NCBI GenBank assembly: GCA_042408955.1
Contig: JBHOQQ010000136.1
Coordinates: 3,750 to 67,749 of the forward strand
Origin: Thermomicrobiales bacterium
Lineage (GTDB): Bacteria > Chloroflexota > Chloroflexia > Thermomicrobiales > UBA6265
Direction of reading: 5' to 3'
DNA: 64,000 nt
In this document: positions 18,469-27,829 of the stretch, piece by piece
Layout: each line of letters begins with the position of its first letter
How positions within the stretch are numbered: the stretch's first letter is position 1
Position numbers and translations under genes: made by a program
The notes under the pieces: generated by a model
Told to the model about the DNA's origin: nothing
Seen by the model: only the letters and a program-made list of their open reading frames with translations
Database searches by the model: none

Positions 18469-20688
18469 CTACCCCGCCTTGGCCAGGGTCTCGCCCTCGT
18501 GACCACATTGCGGGCAGCGAATCTGTCCACGCCGGCCCATCTCCACCATGTAGGAGCCGCAACGGGGGCAGGTGACATCCACCGGCTTGTTCCAAGCCAC
18601 GAAATCGCAGTCCGGGTAGCGGTCGCAGCCGTAGAATGTCCGCCCTTTCTTCGAGCGTCGCTCGACCACCTGTCCCTCTTTGCACTTCGGGCAGGCAATG
18701 CCGATCTTTTCGAGGAGCGGCCGGGAATTGCGGCACTCCGGGAAACCGCTGCATGCTAGGAATTTTCCGTATCGCCCGAGCTTGATCACCATGGGGCGCC
18801 CGCATTTCTCGCACGTTTCTCCAGACGGCTCGTCCTTGAGCCGGACACGCTGGATAGATTCCTCAGCCCGCTTCAACGTCTCCGTAAACGGCTCATAGAA
18901 CTCGCGCATCGTTGGCACCCAGGCACGTTCGCCAGCCGCGATCTCATCGAGCTCCTCCTCCATTCGGGAGGTAAAGCCAATGTCGAAGATTCGCGGGAAG
19001 TGCTCGACAAGCAGGTCGTTGACGATCATGCCGAGCTCGGTGGGGACGAGCTTCTTGTTCTCGGATGTGACATACGACCTCGCTTGCAGCGTGGCGATGG
19101 TCGGGGCGTACGTGCTCGGCCGGCCGATGCCCTGCTCCTCCAATGCCTTCACCAGCGTTGCCTCAGTAAACCGCGGAGGTGGCTGGGTGAAATGTTGCTC
19201 GGGGAGCAGCCGGACCAGGTCGAGCTCCTCACCTTGGAGCAAGACCGGCAACGCCCCCTGGTCGAGCTCGTCGGTATCCCCATCGTCTCGGCCCTGGGTA
19301 TACACCGCCATAAAACCTGGGAATTTGAGCACCGAGCCGGTAGCCCGGAAGATAAATGGGGGCTCCCCGCCGGCCGCAAGCTGCTCCGGCTTCCCGGCAG
19401 CGATGTCAACAGTGGTGCTATCGAGAACCGCGGGCGCCATCTGGCTGGCGATGAACCGCTGCCAGATCAATTGGTACAACCGGAACTGCTGCGGTGTGAG
19501 ATAGGCCCGCACACTCTCCGGCTCCCGTTGGGGCGCCGTTGGGCGGATCGCCTCGTGCGCTTCCTGCGCTCCCTTTGCCTTGCGGGTATAGACCGGCGGC
19601 TTCTCCGGCACGTACTCAGGACCGAATTTGACGCTGATGACCGCGCGCGCCGCTTGCTGCGCCGACGCCGCAACATTCGTCGAATCGGTGCGCATGTAGG
19701 TGATCAGCCCTTGGGTGCCATCGGGCCCGAGATCCACCCCCTCATAAAGCTCCTGCGCAATTTGCATGGTGCGGCGCACGGGAAAATTCAGTTTTCGCGA
19801 CGCCTCCTGCTGCAACGTGCTCGTGGTAAACGGAGGGGCTGGCCGCCGTTGCGTCTCTCGCTTCGTGACGCTGCTGACCCGATACACCGCGCCAGCCAAT
19901 TGACCGACGATGCGCTGGGTCTCCTCACCCGTTTTCAGCTCGGCTTTCTTGCCGCTAATGCGATGCAGCGTGGCACGGAACACCTCCCGCCGCTTTGCCG
20001 TCTTCTCGGTGCGCTTGGCCAGCTCCGCATCGAGCGTCCAATACTCGACGGGGACGAACTGCTGGATCTCCCGCTCCCGCTCCACCACCAGGCGCAATGC
20101 CGCGGTTTGCACCCGACCCGCGGACAAGCCACGCTTCACCTTCTTCCACAGGAGAGGGCTGACGCCATAGCCGACCAGCCGGTCGAGAACCCGGCGCGCT
20201 TGCTGCGCATCGACCAAGTTCATGTCAATGTCCCGCGGCTGACGCATCGCCTCGGTCACAGCCTCCGGGGTGATCTCATGAAAGACGACTCGCCGCACTG
20301 GCTTAGAGCGCGCGTTCGTCACTTCGACCAGATGCCAGGCAATCGCCTCCCCTTCCCGGTCAGGGTCGGTGGCGAGAATGACTTCCTGCGCGCTTTCCAC
20401 GCTATCCCGGAGTTCCTTTACGATCTTGGATTTGTCGCGCGGCACGAGGTAGGTTGGCGTGAAGCCGTCCTCGACATTCACTCCAAGCGTGCTCTTCGGG
20501 AGATCACGGACGTGCCCCATCGAGGCCTTCACGGTGAAGCCGCGGCCAAGATATTTCCCTATCGTTTTGGCCTTCGCTGGCGATTCTACGATCACCAAGC
20601 GGCCCTGGCCGCGCGGCGATTCGCGCGTCGTCGCTCGCTTCTTCGATGTCTCTTTCTCGGTATCCTGTTCTTCTTTCGCTCTGGGCAT
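18469..20688 (-). CDS. topA: DNA topoisomerase I
   Basis: LVIVESPAKAKTIGKYLG Toprim N-terminus and C-terminal Cys4 zinc ribbons (CEKCGRPMV..CSGFPEC, CPKCKEG..CDRYPDC, CPRCG..CPQCG). ATG 20688 with an AGGA upstream is preferred over the TTG at 20733. Confidence 0.95.
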   Translation of the reverse strand: MPRAKEEQDTEKETSKKRATTRESPRGQGRLVIVESPAKAKTIGKYLGRGFTVKASMGHVRDLPKSTLGVNVEDGFTPTYLVPRDKSKIVKELRDSVESAQEVILATDPDREGEAIAWHLVEVTNARSKPVRRVVFHEITPEAVTEAMRQPRDIDMNLVDAQQARRVLDRLVGYGVSPLLWKKVKRGLSAGRVQTAALRLVVEREREIQQFVPVEYWTLDAELAKRTEKTAKRREVFRATLHRISGKKAELKTGEETQRIVGQLAGAVYRVSSVTKRETQRRPAPPFTTSTLQQEASRKLNFPVRRTMQIAQELYEGVDLGPDGTQGLITYMRTDSTNVAASAQQAARAVISVKFGPEYVPEKPPVYTRKAKGAQEAHEAIRPTAPQREPESVRAYLTPQQFRLYQLIWQRFIASQMAPAVLDSTTVDIAAGKPEQLAAGGEPPFIFRATGSVLKFPGFMAVYTQGRDDGDTDELDQGALPVLLQGEELDLVRLLPEQHFTQPPPRFTEATLVKALEEQGIGRPSTYAPTIATLQARSYVTSENKKLVPTELGMIVNDLLVEHFPRIFDIGFTSRMEEELDEIAAGERAWVPTMREFYEPFTETLKRAEESIQRVRLKDEPSGETCEKCGRPMVIKLGRYGKFLACSGFPECRNSRPLLEKIGIACPKCKEGQVVERRSKKGRTFYGCDRYPDCDFVAWNKPVDVTCPRCGSYMVEMGRRGQIRCPQCGHEGETLAKAG

Positions 20689-20877
20689 AGTAATCCTGCA
20701 ACTCTCCTGGGTTTGCTTTGCTCTCGCTGACAACCACAGGCGGGAGGATCGGTACGATCACGATGATAGCGCGAGGGTGGCAGGCAGATCGCGTTCCGCG
20801 CCCAACCATAGCGACGGAAATCGAAGGTGTCAAGCCGCCGGGCTCCTCTCCGCCAGCTACGCACGAACGATGACGAC

Positions 20878-21993
20878 TTACAAGCGAACATAGTGCTGAG
20901 CACCAGCGTTGCGCACCACGCCCTTCAGTTCCATCATCGTCAGCAGCGCCGATGCCGCCGAAATCTCTAGATTCGCTGCTGCGGCAAGATCGTCAATGTG
21001 CTGTGGCTCAGCAGTCAGAAGCGCCAGCAGCCGCCGCTCATCATCGGTCATGGGCAAGGCTTGTTGGACTGCAGTCTGCTCCCGGCGCCGCAGCAATTGC
21101 AAGTCCTCAAGAATATCCTCCGCGCTCAGCACCGCGCGTGCCCCATCGCGAAGCAAGCGGTTGCTCCCCTGCGTCGCATGGGACAGCACCGCGCCAGGCA
21201 CCACGAAGACGTCTCTCCCTTGGTCGGCCGCGAAGTCGCAGGTGATAAGCGCGCCACTCTTCTCTGGAGCCTCGACGATGACCACGCCGAGAGACAAGCC
21301 AGAGATGATGCGATTGCGCGGCGGGAAATTGACCGCATCGGGCTGAGTGTCCGGAGGGTAATCCGAAATGAGCGCACCCGCGTTCACGATCCTTTGGGCG
21401 AGGTGCCGGTGTTCGGGTGGATAGATGACGTTGACTCCGCTTCCCAGCACGGCAAGCGTCCGGCCACCGGCATCGAGCGCTGCCTGGTGAGCCACCCCAT
21501 CAATTCCTCTCGCTAGTCCAGAGACGATGGTGACTCCGGCTTCGGCAAGCTCCCGCGCCAGTCGCGACGCGATCTCACGCCCACCGGCCGTTGCCCTCCG
21601 GGTCCCAACGATAGCGACCGCCGTGGCATCGTCCGACTGGAGCGTGCCACGCACGTAGAGCACAGGGGGCGGCGACGGGATCTGTGCGAGGAGCGGCGGG
21701 TAATCCGCATCTGCAAGCGTCACCACGCGCACGCCGAGCTTTTCGAGACGCTCGACTTCCTTTTCAAGGGCCAGCGTTGCCCGCGTTTGGACGAGGCTTT
21801 CGACGGACCGCTCGTCGAGGACCGCACGAAGCTGGCTCACCGGCGCATGCCAGGCCGCTCGTAGTGAGCCAAAAGCCTCAAGCAATCGCTGGATTCGCAT
21901 TGGGCCGATGTATGGCGCTCGGTGGAAGCCAATCCAATACACCCGCTCCTCATCGGCCATTGCCCCCTGCGCCGGCTCAGCAATCTGCACCAT
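20878..21993 (-). CDS. dprA: DNA processing protein DprA (Smf)
   Basis: YWIGFHRAPYIGPMRIQRLLEAFGS, IVSGLARGIDGVAHQAAL, and a C-terminal winged-helix-like end. Start at Met204 of the long ORF (ATG 21993). Confidence 0.9.
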   Translation of the reverse strand: MVQIAEPAQGAMADEERVYWIGFHRAPYIGPMRIQRLLEAFGSLRAAWHAPVSQLRAVLDERSVESLVQTRATLALEKEVERLEKLGVRVVTLADADYPPLLAQIPSPPPVLYVRGTLQSDDATAVAIVGTRRATAGGREIASRLARELAEAGVTIVSGLARGIDGVAHQAALDAGGRTLAVLGSGVNVIYPPEHRHLAQRIVNAGALISDYPPDTQPDAVNFPPRNRIISGLSLGVVIVEAPEKSGALITCDFAADQGRDVFVVPGAVLSHATQGSNRLLRDGARAVLSAEDILEDLQLLRRREQTAVQQALPMTDDERRLLALLTAEPQHIDDLAAAANLEISAASALLTMMELKGVVRNAGAQHYVRL

Positions 21994-22297
21994 CGTCCCC
22001 CGCTGCTCCCTCCACGTTTCGCCATGCCTTCCCCAGCGCCATTCGCGGTGCCCCATGCGCGACCCTGGATAACAAGGGAGCATACGCGACGAAGGCGCTC
22101 GCCATCCGCTGGTTCTATCTTGGCTATACTCTCCTTGTCCTGTCCTGGCAAGGGCCTCTGGTGACGCGGTCCCGCTCGTGGAGATCGGCCGCATCAGCAG
22201 TGGTGCCCTCCACCAGGAGCAGATTGGCACACGGAGCAGGGTTAGCAAACACGTGCGGTTCGACGAGCGGCGTACACACGCCAAAACCGGATGGGCC

Positions 22298-23359
22298 ATG
22301 GGGCTTGCTACGGTGGCCCTAGCGGTCGCCGGGTTCCTATCTGGCTGCATGGAATCGGGTGAAAGCCCGCTCACGACGAAGCAACCCGGTGCAGCGCCGA
22401 CGGCGACGAGCGGGAGCGCGTCGGTGACACCGGCTCTCGGCATGAGCGCGTCGCCTGTAACTCTGCCAGGAACACCCACGAGCAACGCGCGCTCCGATGC
22501 AGTTGCCCACCTGCTCGAAGGCGAACGCGGTATCATCGGTGTCGTGATGGCCAGACCCGAAGGCGACATGCTGGTCAGCCGCAACGCCGATACTCCCTTC
22601 ATTGCCGCGAGTCTCTATAAGCTCATCCTTTTAGCCGACATCTACCGGCGCATCGAGGCGGGTGAGCTAGCGTTGTCGGATTCTTTGGTGCTGCGACGTG
22701 ATTACTTCCCAGCCGCCGGGGAGCTACCCGATGGCTATTGGGATGAGGACGCTCTCGGATCCTCCGTGACCGTTGAAGAAGCGCTGTTTGCCACGGGAGC
22801 CTACTCAAGCAACATTGGCGCGCGGGCACTCCTTTCTCTCACCGACACAGCGTCGCTCAATGCAATGGCGCAACGCCTTGGATTGACCTCCACACACCTG
22901 TTTGTCGCAGACCTCGATCAGCTCGCTGATTGGCCACCACAGCCCGGTCCAGGGACGTCCGCGGCGGACCTGCGCGTTGCCATTGATTTCATCACCACGT
23001 CGGCAGCAGAGGGTCCGGTCAACATCACAACGCCGCGAGATATGGCGCGTTTCTTCGAGCTCCTTTGGAAGGGTGAGGTCGTCAGCCCGAGCATCAGCAC
23101 GGAAATCCTGCACATCCTCAGCCAGCAAGCCGTCGATGACCGGTTCCCCTTTCTCGTCCCAACATCGGCAATTGTGGCGCACAAGACCGGGAACCTCGAT
23201 CACGTGGTTCATGATGTGGGCATCATTCAGGCACCGGATGGACCAATCATTGTCGCCGCGATGGTCGAAGCTGCACCAGACGATGATCGAGCGACGCAGA
23301 TTATCCAGCGGCTCGCACGTATCGCCTACGGCAGGTACGACATCCCCGCGCTTCGCTAA
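22298..23359 (+). CDS. class A beta-lactamase-like serine hydrolase, lipoprotein
   Basis: Lipobox MGLATVALAVAGFLSGC, plus SxxK (ASLYK), SxN (SSN) and KTG (HKTGN) motifs. Confidence 0.75.
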   Translation: MGLATVALAVAGFLSGCMESGESPLTTKQPGAAPTATSGSASVTPALGMSASPVTLPGTPTSNARSDAVAHLLEGERGIIGVVMARPEGDMLVSRNADTPFIAASLYKLILLADIYRRIEAGELALSDSLVLRRDYFPAAGELPDGYWDEDALGSSVTVEEALFATGAYSSNIGARALLSLTDTASLNAMAQRLGLTSTHLFVADLDQLADWPPQPGPGTSAADLRVAIDFITTSAAEGPVNITTPRDMARFFELLWKGEVVSPSISTEILHILSQQAVDDRFPFLVPTSAIVAHKTGNLDHVVHDVGIIQAPDGPIIVAAMVEAAPDDDRATQIIQRLARIAYGRYDIPALR

Positions 23360-23447
23360 CGTCCTTCTTGCAACACACCGCGGCACGCCTTTGAGCAAGC
23401 GGCCCGCCAAGCCCATTACATTTGGACCTCTGTAGCAGCCGCAAACG

Positions 23448-23477
23448 TTGTGACCGGCAATGCGTGGTTGTTATTAT
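23448..23477 (+). promoter_or_regulatory. sigma70-like promoter candidate far upstream of the M50/CBS protease gene
   Basis: TTGTGA (23448-23453), a 17-18 nt spacer, then TTATTAT (23471-23477), inside a 350-bp ORF-free region. Confidence 0.3.
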
Positions 23478-23712
23478 CCGAAATGAAAGCGGGTCAGGTA
23501 GGCTTGGCGGCATCGGCGCGATGGGAGAGCCGGGCGCCCAATATTGAAAACGCCAAAGGCGTACCTTGCGGCACCATTGTTGCATGACGGTAACGACAGC
23601 TTGAGCAGCAACGATGATAAGCGGGATCGCGGGAACGCATAATCGAATTCCTGGTCACGCTTCAGCGCCGTCGTGCGGAGCAGGATACCCTGTCCGGGTC
23701 GGAAGCTGATCG

Positions 23713-24894
23713 GTGCCACACCTGCGCAGGATACTCACGATGCGCTCGCTCACACTGGGACAACTCCATGGCATCGACGTTCGGGTTCACCCGACGTTTG
23801 CCCTTGTCCTGGTGTGGATCATCTACCACTGGGGCATCGTCGAGGGTGGTGGGATCTTCTCCATTGCCTACGGCATGCTATTGTGCGGCTTTGTCTTCGC
23901 GTTTGTACTCCTGCATGAGTTCGGCCACAGCCTGATGGCCCTCCACTACGGCATCCGCGTGCGCGATATCACGCTCGTTCCCTTTGGGGGTGTCGCGCGC
24001 GTCGAGCACATTCCAACACGGCCCGGCATCGAGGCGCTCATCGCCATTGCCGGTCCAGCCATCAACGTTGCGCTTGCCATGTTGCTGCTGCCACTGCTGA
24101 CCTTCACTGGCATCGTTCGTGGCTTCGACTCGGTCGGTGATTTCCTTGAAGACTTGAACCAGATTGCCCCAAGCGGATTGCTTTCCTACCTCTTTGTCGC
24201 CAACGTGATGATTGTGGCCTTCAATCTTCTTCCTGCGTTCCCAATGGACGGTGGCCGGCTGTTGCGCGCCGGGCTGTCGACCATCCTGACCCGGGAGGAG
24301 GCGACCCGAATCGCGGTCACCCTCGGAGTGATCGTTTCCATTGGAATCGCCACGCTCGGGTTATGGTGGCAGGATTATGTCTTGCCCATCATTGCCATTT
24401 TTGTCGTCATCGCTGCCTACGCCGAGGGTCGAGTTGTCCGCCTAGAAGAGGCGATGCGGCGCCTGCGCGTCGGGCAGTTTGCCGTCTGGGATCGGGGCGG
24501 TGTTGAGGAAGATGATCTGTTGTCGTATGCGCTGCGCGGTGGTCCCCGCGATGTTGTCGTCACCAGGGACGGGCGGGTTGTCGGGATGGTTTGGCGCAGC
24601 GAGTTGCTTCGCGTGTTGCACGGCGAGGCCGATCATGTGACGGCCGGTGAGGCGATGGATCCCAACGTGGCCACAGCCGATGCAGATGAGTCGGTGTACG
24701 ACGTCCAACGCAAAATGCAACTCCTCAATCAATGGACGATCCCGGTAACGGAGGGTGGTCTGTATCGCGGCGTCTTTACCGCGGACCGGGTCATCCACGT
24801 CTACCGGTATTTGAACGCCCAATCGCCCGAGCGACGCCGGTGGCAAGAAGTTGCCGGAGCAGTCGGAGAGCTGTTCCGTACCGTCGGTCGCTAG
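23713..24894 (+). CDS. site-2 protease family (M50) metalloprotease with C-terminal CBS pair
   Basis: HEFGHSLMALHYGI HExxH motif, NLLPAFPMDGGR, and C-terminal CBS-like repeats. Alternative start at 23740 (MRSLTLGQLHG). Confidence 0.85.
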   Translation: MPHLRRILTMRSLTLGQLHGIDVRVHPTFALVLVWIIYHWGIVEGGGIFSIAYGMLLCGFVFAFVLLHEFGHSLMALHYGIRVRDITLVPFGGVARVEHIPTRPGIEALIAIAGPAINVALAMLLLPLLTFTGIVRGFDSVGDFLEDLNQIAPSGLLSYLFVANVMIVAFNLLPAFPMDGGRLLRAGLSTILTREEATRIAVTLGVIVSIGIATLGLWWQDYVLPIIAIFVVIAAYAEGRVVRLEEAMRRLRVGQFAVWDRGGVEEDDLLSYALRGGPRDVVVTRDGRVVGMVWRSELLRVLHGEADHVTAGEAMDPNVATADADESVYDVQRKMQLLNQWTIPVTEGGLYRGVFTADRVIHVYRYLNAQSPERRRWQEVAGAVGELFRTVGR

Positions 24895-24922
24895 CGCTGC
24901 AACCCGTTCCAAGCACCGGCAC

Positions 24923-24951
24923 TTGACCCCATTAGCCGGCAGGAGTAGGAT
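24923..24951 (+). promoter_or_regulatory. sigma70-like promoter candidate for the Rrf2 / cysteine desulfurase pair
   Basis: TTGACC (24923-24928), a 17-nt spacer, then TAGGAT (24946-24951). A GGAGG SD sits at 24985-24989 before ATG 24994. Confidence 0.35.
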
Positions 24952-24993
24952 CGAAGCAGCCAAGGCCGCCTGTACCAGCGGCGTGGAGGCGAT

Positions 24994-25458
24994 ATGAAGG
25001 TATCAACGCGAGGCGAATATGGTGTCCGGGCGATGGTGGCGCTCGCTCGCAACTATGGGGTTGGCCCCATGTCCATTGCGGCGATGGCCAAGGAGTCGTC
25101 CGTCCCGTATGCCTATCTTGAACAATTGATTGTCCCATTGCGACGAGCGGGTCTTGTCACGAGCAAGCGGGGAGCGCACGGTGGATACCAGCTTGCGCGG
25201 CCGCCCGAGCAGGTGCGCGTGGGCGAGATCTATCGCGTCATGGAAGGCCCAGTGGCGCCGATGGACTGCGTGTCGGAGAACGTGCAAGACCAGACCTGCC
25301 CGCTGATTGAGGGCTGCGAAACCCGGCCGGTTTGGCTCAAGGTCCGCGACTCCATCGTGGAGGCCCTGGATTCGTTGACGCTTGCCGATCTCGTCAGCCA
25401 GAGCAAGCGCCGTCCGCCTCGCGGCTCAACGCGCGTCACTGAGCGCGTGCCCGCCTAG
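24994..25458 (+). CDS. Rrf2 family transcriptional regulator (IscR/CymR-like, Cys-ligand type)
   Basis: MKVSTRGEYGVRAMVALARNYG.., wHTH, and a three-Cys cluster C-x9-C-x5-C (MDCVSENVQDQTCPLIEGC). Confidence 0.9.
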   Translation: MKVSTRGEYGVRAMVALARNYGVGPMSIAAMAKESSVPYAYLEQLIVPLRRAGLVTSKRGAHGGYQLARPPEQVRVGEIYRVMEGPVAPMDCVSENVQDQTCPLIEGCETRPVWLKVRDSIVEALDSLTLADLVSQSKRRPPRGSTRVTERVPA

Positions 25459-25509
25459 GCGGTCTGCACTCCTCCCCTGCCGCCCGCTCCACCGGATGGT
25501 GCTGCCACG

Positions 25510-26703
25510 ATGCCTATCCATCCACGTGAGGATGTGATCTACCTGGACCACGCGGCCACGACGCCGGTCGATCCGGTCGTCGTTGAGGCCATGCTGCCCT
25601 TCTTCACCGAGCATTTCGGCAATCCGTCGAGCATTTATCAGCTCGGGCAAGATGCACGGGCGGCGCTTGACCGCGCCCGCGCCGCTGTTGCGCGCGTGCT
25701 GCACTGCCAGCCCGCCGAGGTACTCTTCACGAGCGGCGCGACCGAGAGCGATAACCTCGCGCTGATCGGCGTTGCGTGGTATCACCGGCTTCAGACGCCC
25801 GATGGCCCTCCGCCGCACATCGTAACGACCGCGATCGAGCACCACGCGGTGCTGCACACGGCCGCGTGGCTGGAGCGCCAGGGCTTCTCGGTGACGTACG
25901 TTCAGCCCGATGCCGAGGGCTTCATCAATCCGGACGATATCGCACGAGCCATCCGCCCGGAAACGCGGCTGGTGTCGGTGATGTATGCCAACAATGAGAT
26001 CGGCACGATTCAGCCCATCGCCGAGATCGGGCGCCTGGCACGCGAGCGGGGAATCACGTTTCACACAGACGCCGTTCAGGCCGCTGGCTTATTGCCCCTG
26101 GACGTCGAAGCGCTGAATGTCGATCTGCTCTCCCTTTCTGCCCACAAATTTTATGGCCCGAAGGGTGTCGGCGTGCTCTACATCCGCAAGCAGACGCCGA
26201 TCGCCTACCAGCAGCATGGAGGTGGGCAGGAAGGAGGGAAGCGGGGCGGCACTGAGAACGTGCCTGGCATTGTGGGCATGGCAGTCGCTCTCCAGCGCGC
26301 GGACGCCGAGCGGGTTGCCTACAATGCTCACTGCTCCTCCCTGCGCGACCGGCTCTGGCAAGGCATCCAGGAGCGGATTCCAGATGCGAAACTCAACGGT
26401 ACTGCTGATTGGAGTCGCCGCCTGGCCAACAATCTGAACGTGGCGATTCCGGGCGTCCAGGGTGAAACCGTGTTGCTTAGCCTCGACATGCAAGGCATTG
26501 CCGCCTCTGCTGGGTCGGCCTGCACCACCGGCCGCTCCGATCCGAGTCACGTGCTGCTCGCGATTGGTCTGCCGGAAGAGCGCTGCCGCGCGAGCTTGCG
26601 CTTGACCGTGGGCTGGGCCAACACCGCTGAGCAGATGGACGAGACAGTGGAAACGCTCGCCGACGTCGTGGCGCGCATTCGCCAGCTCGCTGGGGTCTCA
26701 TAG
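25510..26703 (+). CDS. cysteine desulfurase (NifS/IscS class V aminotransferase)
   Basis: IYLDHAATTPVDP, SAHKFYGPKGVG (PLP lysine), and the catalytic-loop SSGSACTTG-like SAGSACTTG. Confidence 0.92.
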   Translation: MPIHPREDVIYLDHAATTPVDPVVVEAMLPFFTEHFGNPSSIYQLGQDARAALDRARAAVARVLHCQPAEVLFTSGATESDNLALIGVAWYHRLQTPDGPPPHIVTTAIEHHAVLHTAAWLERQGFSVTYVQPDAEGFINPDDIARAIRPETRLVSVMYANNEIGTIQPIAEIGRLARERGITFHTDAVQAAGLLPLDVEALNVDLLSLSAHKFYGPKGVGVLYIRKQTPIAYQQHGGGQEGGKRGGTENVPGIVGMAVALQRADAERVAYNAHCSSLRDRLWQGIQERIPDAKLNGTADWSRRLANNLNVAIPGVQGETVLLSLDMQGIAASAGSACTTGRSDPSHVLLAIGLPEERCRASLRLTVGWANTAEQMDETVETLADVVARIRQLAGVS

Positions 26704-27142
26704 CCGAGATAATTGTCTATCGTTTTGGTGAAAGCTCCCGGCAGCGACGTTGTCCAGATGTCCCGCAACGCAACGGAGGGGCGATTCTCGCTTGGCTCAG
26801 GATGAGGGGAATAGCGAGCTATTGTTCAACGTCCACGCCGCTCCCGAATTGACCACAGGCCAACGGCGCTCGTCGTTCGCTGGGACCCGCGCGGGCCTGA
26901 AACGCCCTGGGAGCGCCGATCGAATCCGCCGTAGCAAGCTCTTTGATGGCGAGTGTCGGTTTCTCTCGTACCCCCTAGGGACTGAGTCACGCAGAGCCGT
27001 CTTCTGAGCTGAACCTGCCCCGGACGACACCGAAAGGTCAAAGAACGTTGGACGTCAGCCCCCAGGATCAGGCCTCATCGCGAATCACCGTGCCTTGCCA
27101 CGCGTACCGTAACTGCACGGGTGCAGTGGTTCCGATTCGCGA

Positions 27143-27826
27143 TCACACCGATCCGGCGCCGTTGCTGGGATGTTCCGCTTGGGCTCCGGCAATGGCCTGC
27201 GTCAATGTCGCCCGGAGGTCCCGGCCATCAACCTGGCCGAGAGGCGGCAGGTCCGCCAGTGATTTCAGGCCGAAATGCGCCAGGAATTCTGGCGTCGTCC
27301 CATATTGCAGGGGATTGCCCGCCGTTTGCAGGCGGCCAACGACCTCGATGAGTCCACGAGACAGCAGCGTGGCGAGCACACCAGAGCAATCGACGCCCCG
27401 CACGGCCTCGATTTCAGCGCGGGTGACGGGCTGCTGATAGGCAATAATCGCCAGGGTTTCCAACGCAGCCGTGGACAGCCGGGTCTCGCGCTCTAGGCCG
27501 AGAAAGCGTCGCACGTACGGGGCAAAGCGCGGGGCAGTCGCCAGTTGAATGCGATCCCCATGTCGCTGGACAACCCAACCTCGACCAGCGGCCCGCTCGA
27601 GCTGCTGAAGAGCTTGTTCGATTCGGTGAGGTGCGACTCCTGCTGCCCGCGCCAGCTCGTCAAGCGTCGCTGGTGCTGGGGTCACCAGCAGCAGTGCCTC
27701 AACAAGGGCAGCAAGCTCCTCATCAGGCAGCGACTCTGGAGGCAACTCGAGTGTCAGGTTCGCAGGCTGCGCCTCGGATGCGGTTTCGCTCGTCACGGCG
27801 TGCGGCAGTAGCTGATTGGACATCAT
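27143..27826 (-). CDS. scpB: segregation and condensation protein B
   Basis: IIAYQQPVTRAEIEAVRGVDCSGVLATLLSRGLIEVVGR..GNPLQYGTTPEFLAHFGL. Confidence 0.92.
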   Translation of the reverse strand: MMSNQLLPHAVTSETASEAQPANLTLELPPESLPDEELAALVEALLLVTPAPATLDELARAAGVAPHRIEQALQQLERAAGRGWVVQRHGDRIQLATAPRFAPYVRRFLGLERETRLSTAALETLAIIAYQQPVTRAEIEAVRGVDCSGVLATLLSRGLIEVVGRLQTAGNPLQYGTTPEFLAHFGLKSLADLPPLGQVDGRDLRATLTQAIAGAQAEHPSNGAGSV

Positions 27827-27829
27827 CGC

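Noticed and set aside
19000-20730. 576-aa ORF on the plus strand opposite topA
   Set aside because: Arg/Leu/Gly/Pro-rich low-complexity translation with no recognisable domain. It lies entirely antisense to a clearly homologous topA gene, which is the typical high-GC shadow ORF pattern.
21994-22602. Upstream 203 codons of the dprA ORF (similar long upstream extensions occur at 28574..28963, 61857..62066 and 45807..45911)
   Set aside because: There is no homology in the extensions, and internal ATG starts give canonical N-termini. For queG, an rpmB terminator sits inside the extension.
23515-23600. Glycine-riboswitch-like fragments (GGGAGAG..., CGCCAAAGGCG, GACGGUAACGACAG) in the M50/CBS leader
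   Set aside because: The resemblance is limited to short pieces. I could not build the P1-P3 architecture by eye, and the downstream gene is not a usual glycine-riboswitch target. It would need a cmscan hit before any such call.
26704-27142. tmRNA, RNase P RNA, SRP RNA or tRNA in the nifS-scpB gap
   Set aside because: Hallmarks are absent on both strands: the GGGGCUG...UCCACCA ends, the GAGGAAAGUCCGGGC P4 region, the GUCAGGUCCGGAAGGAAGCAGC domain IV, and the T-arm geometry. A TCGAATCC string at about 26918 lacks a matching T-stem.
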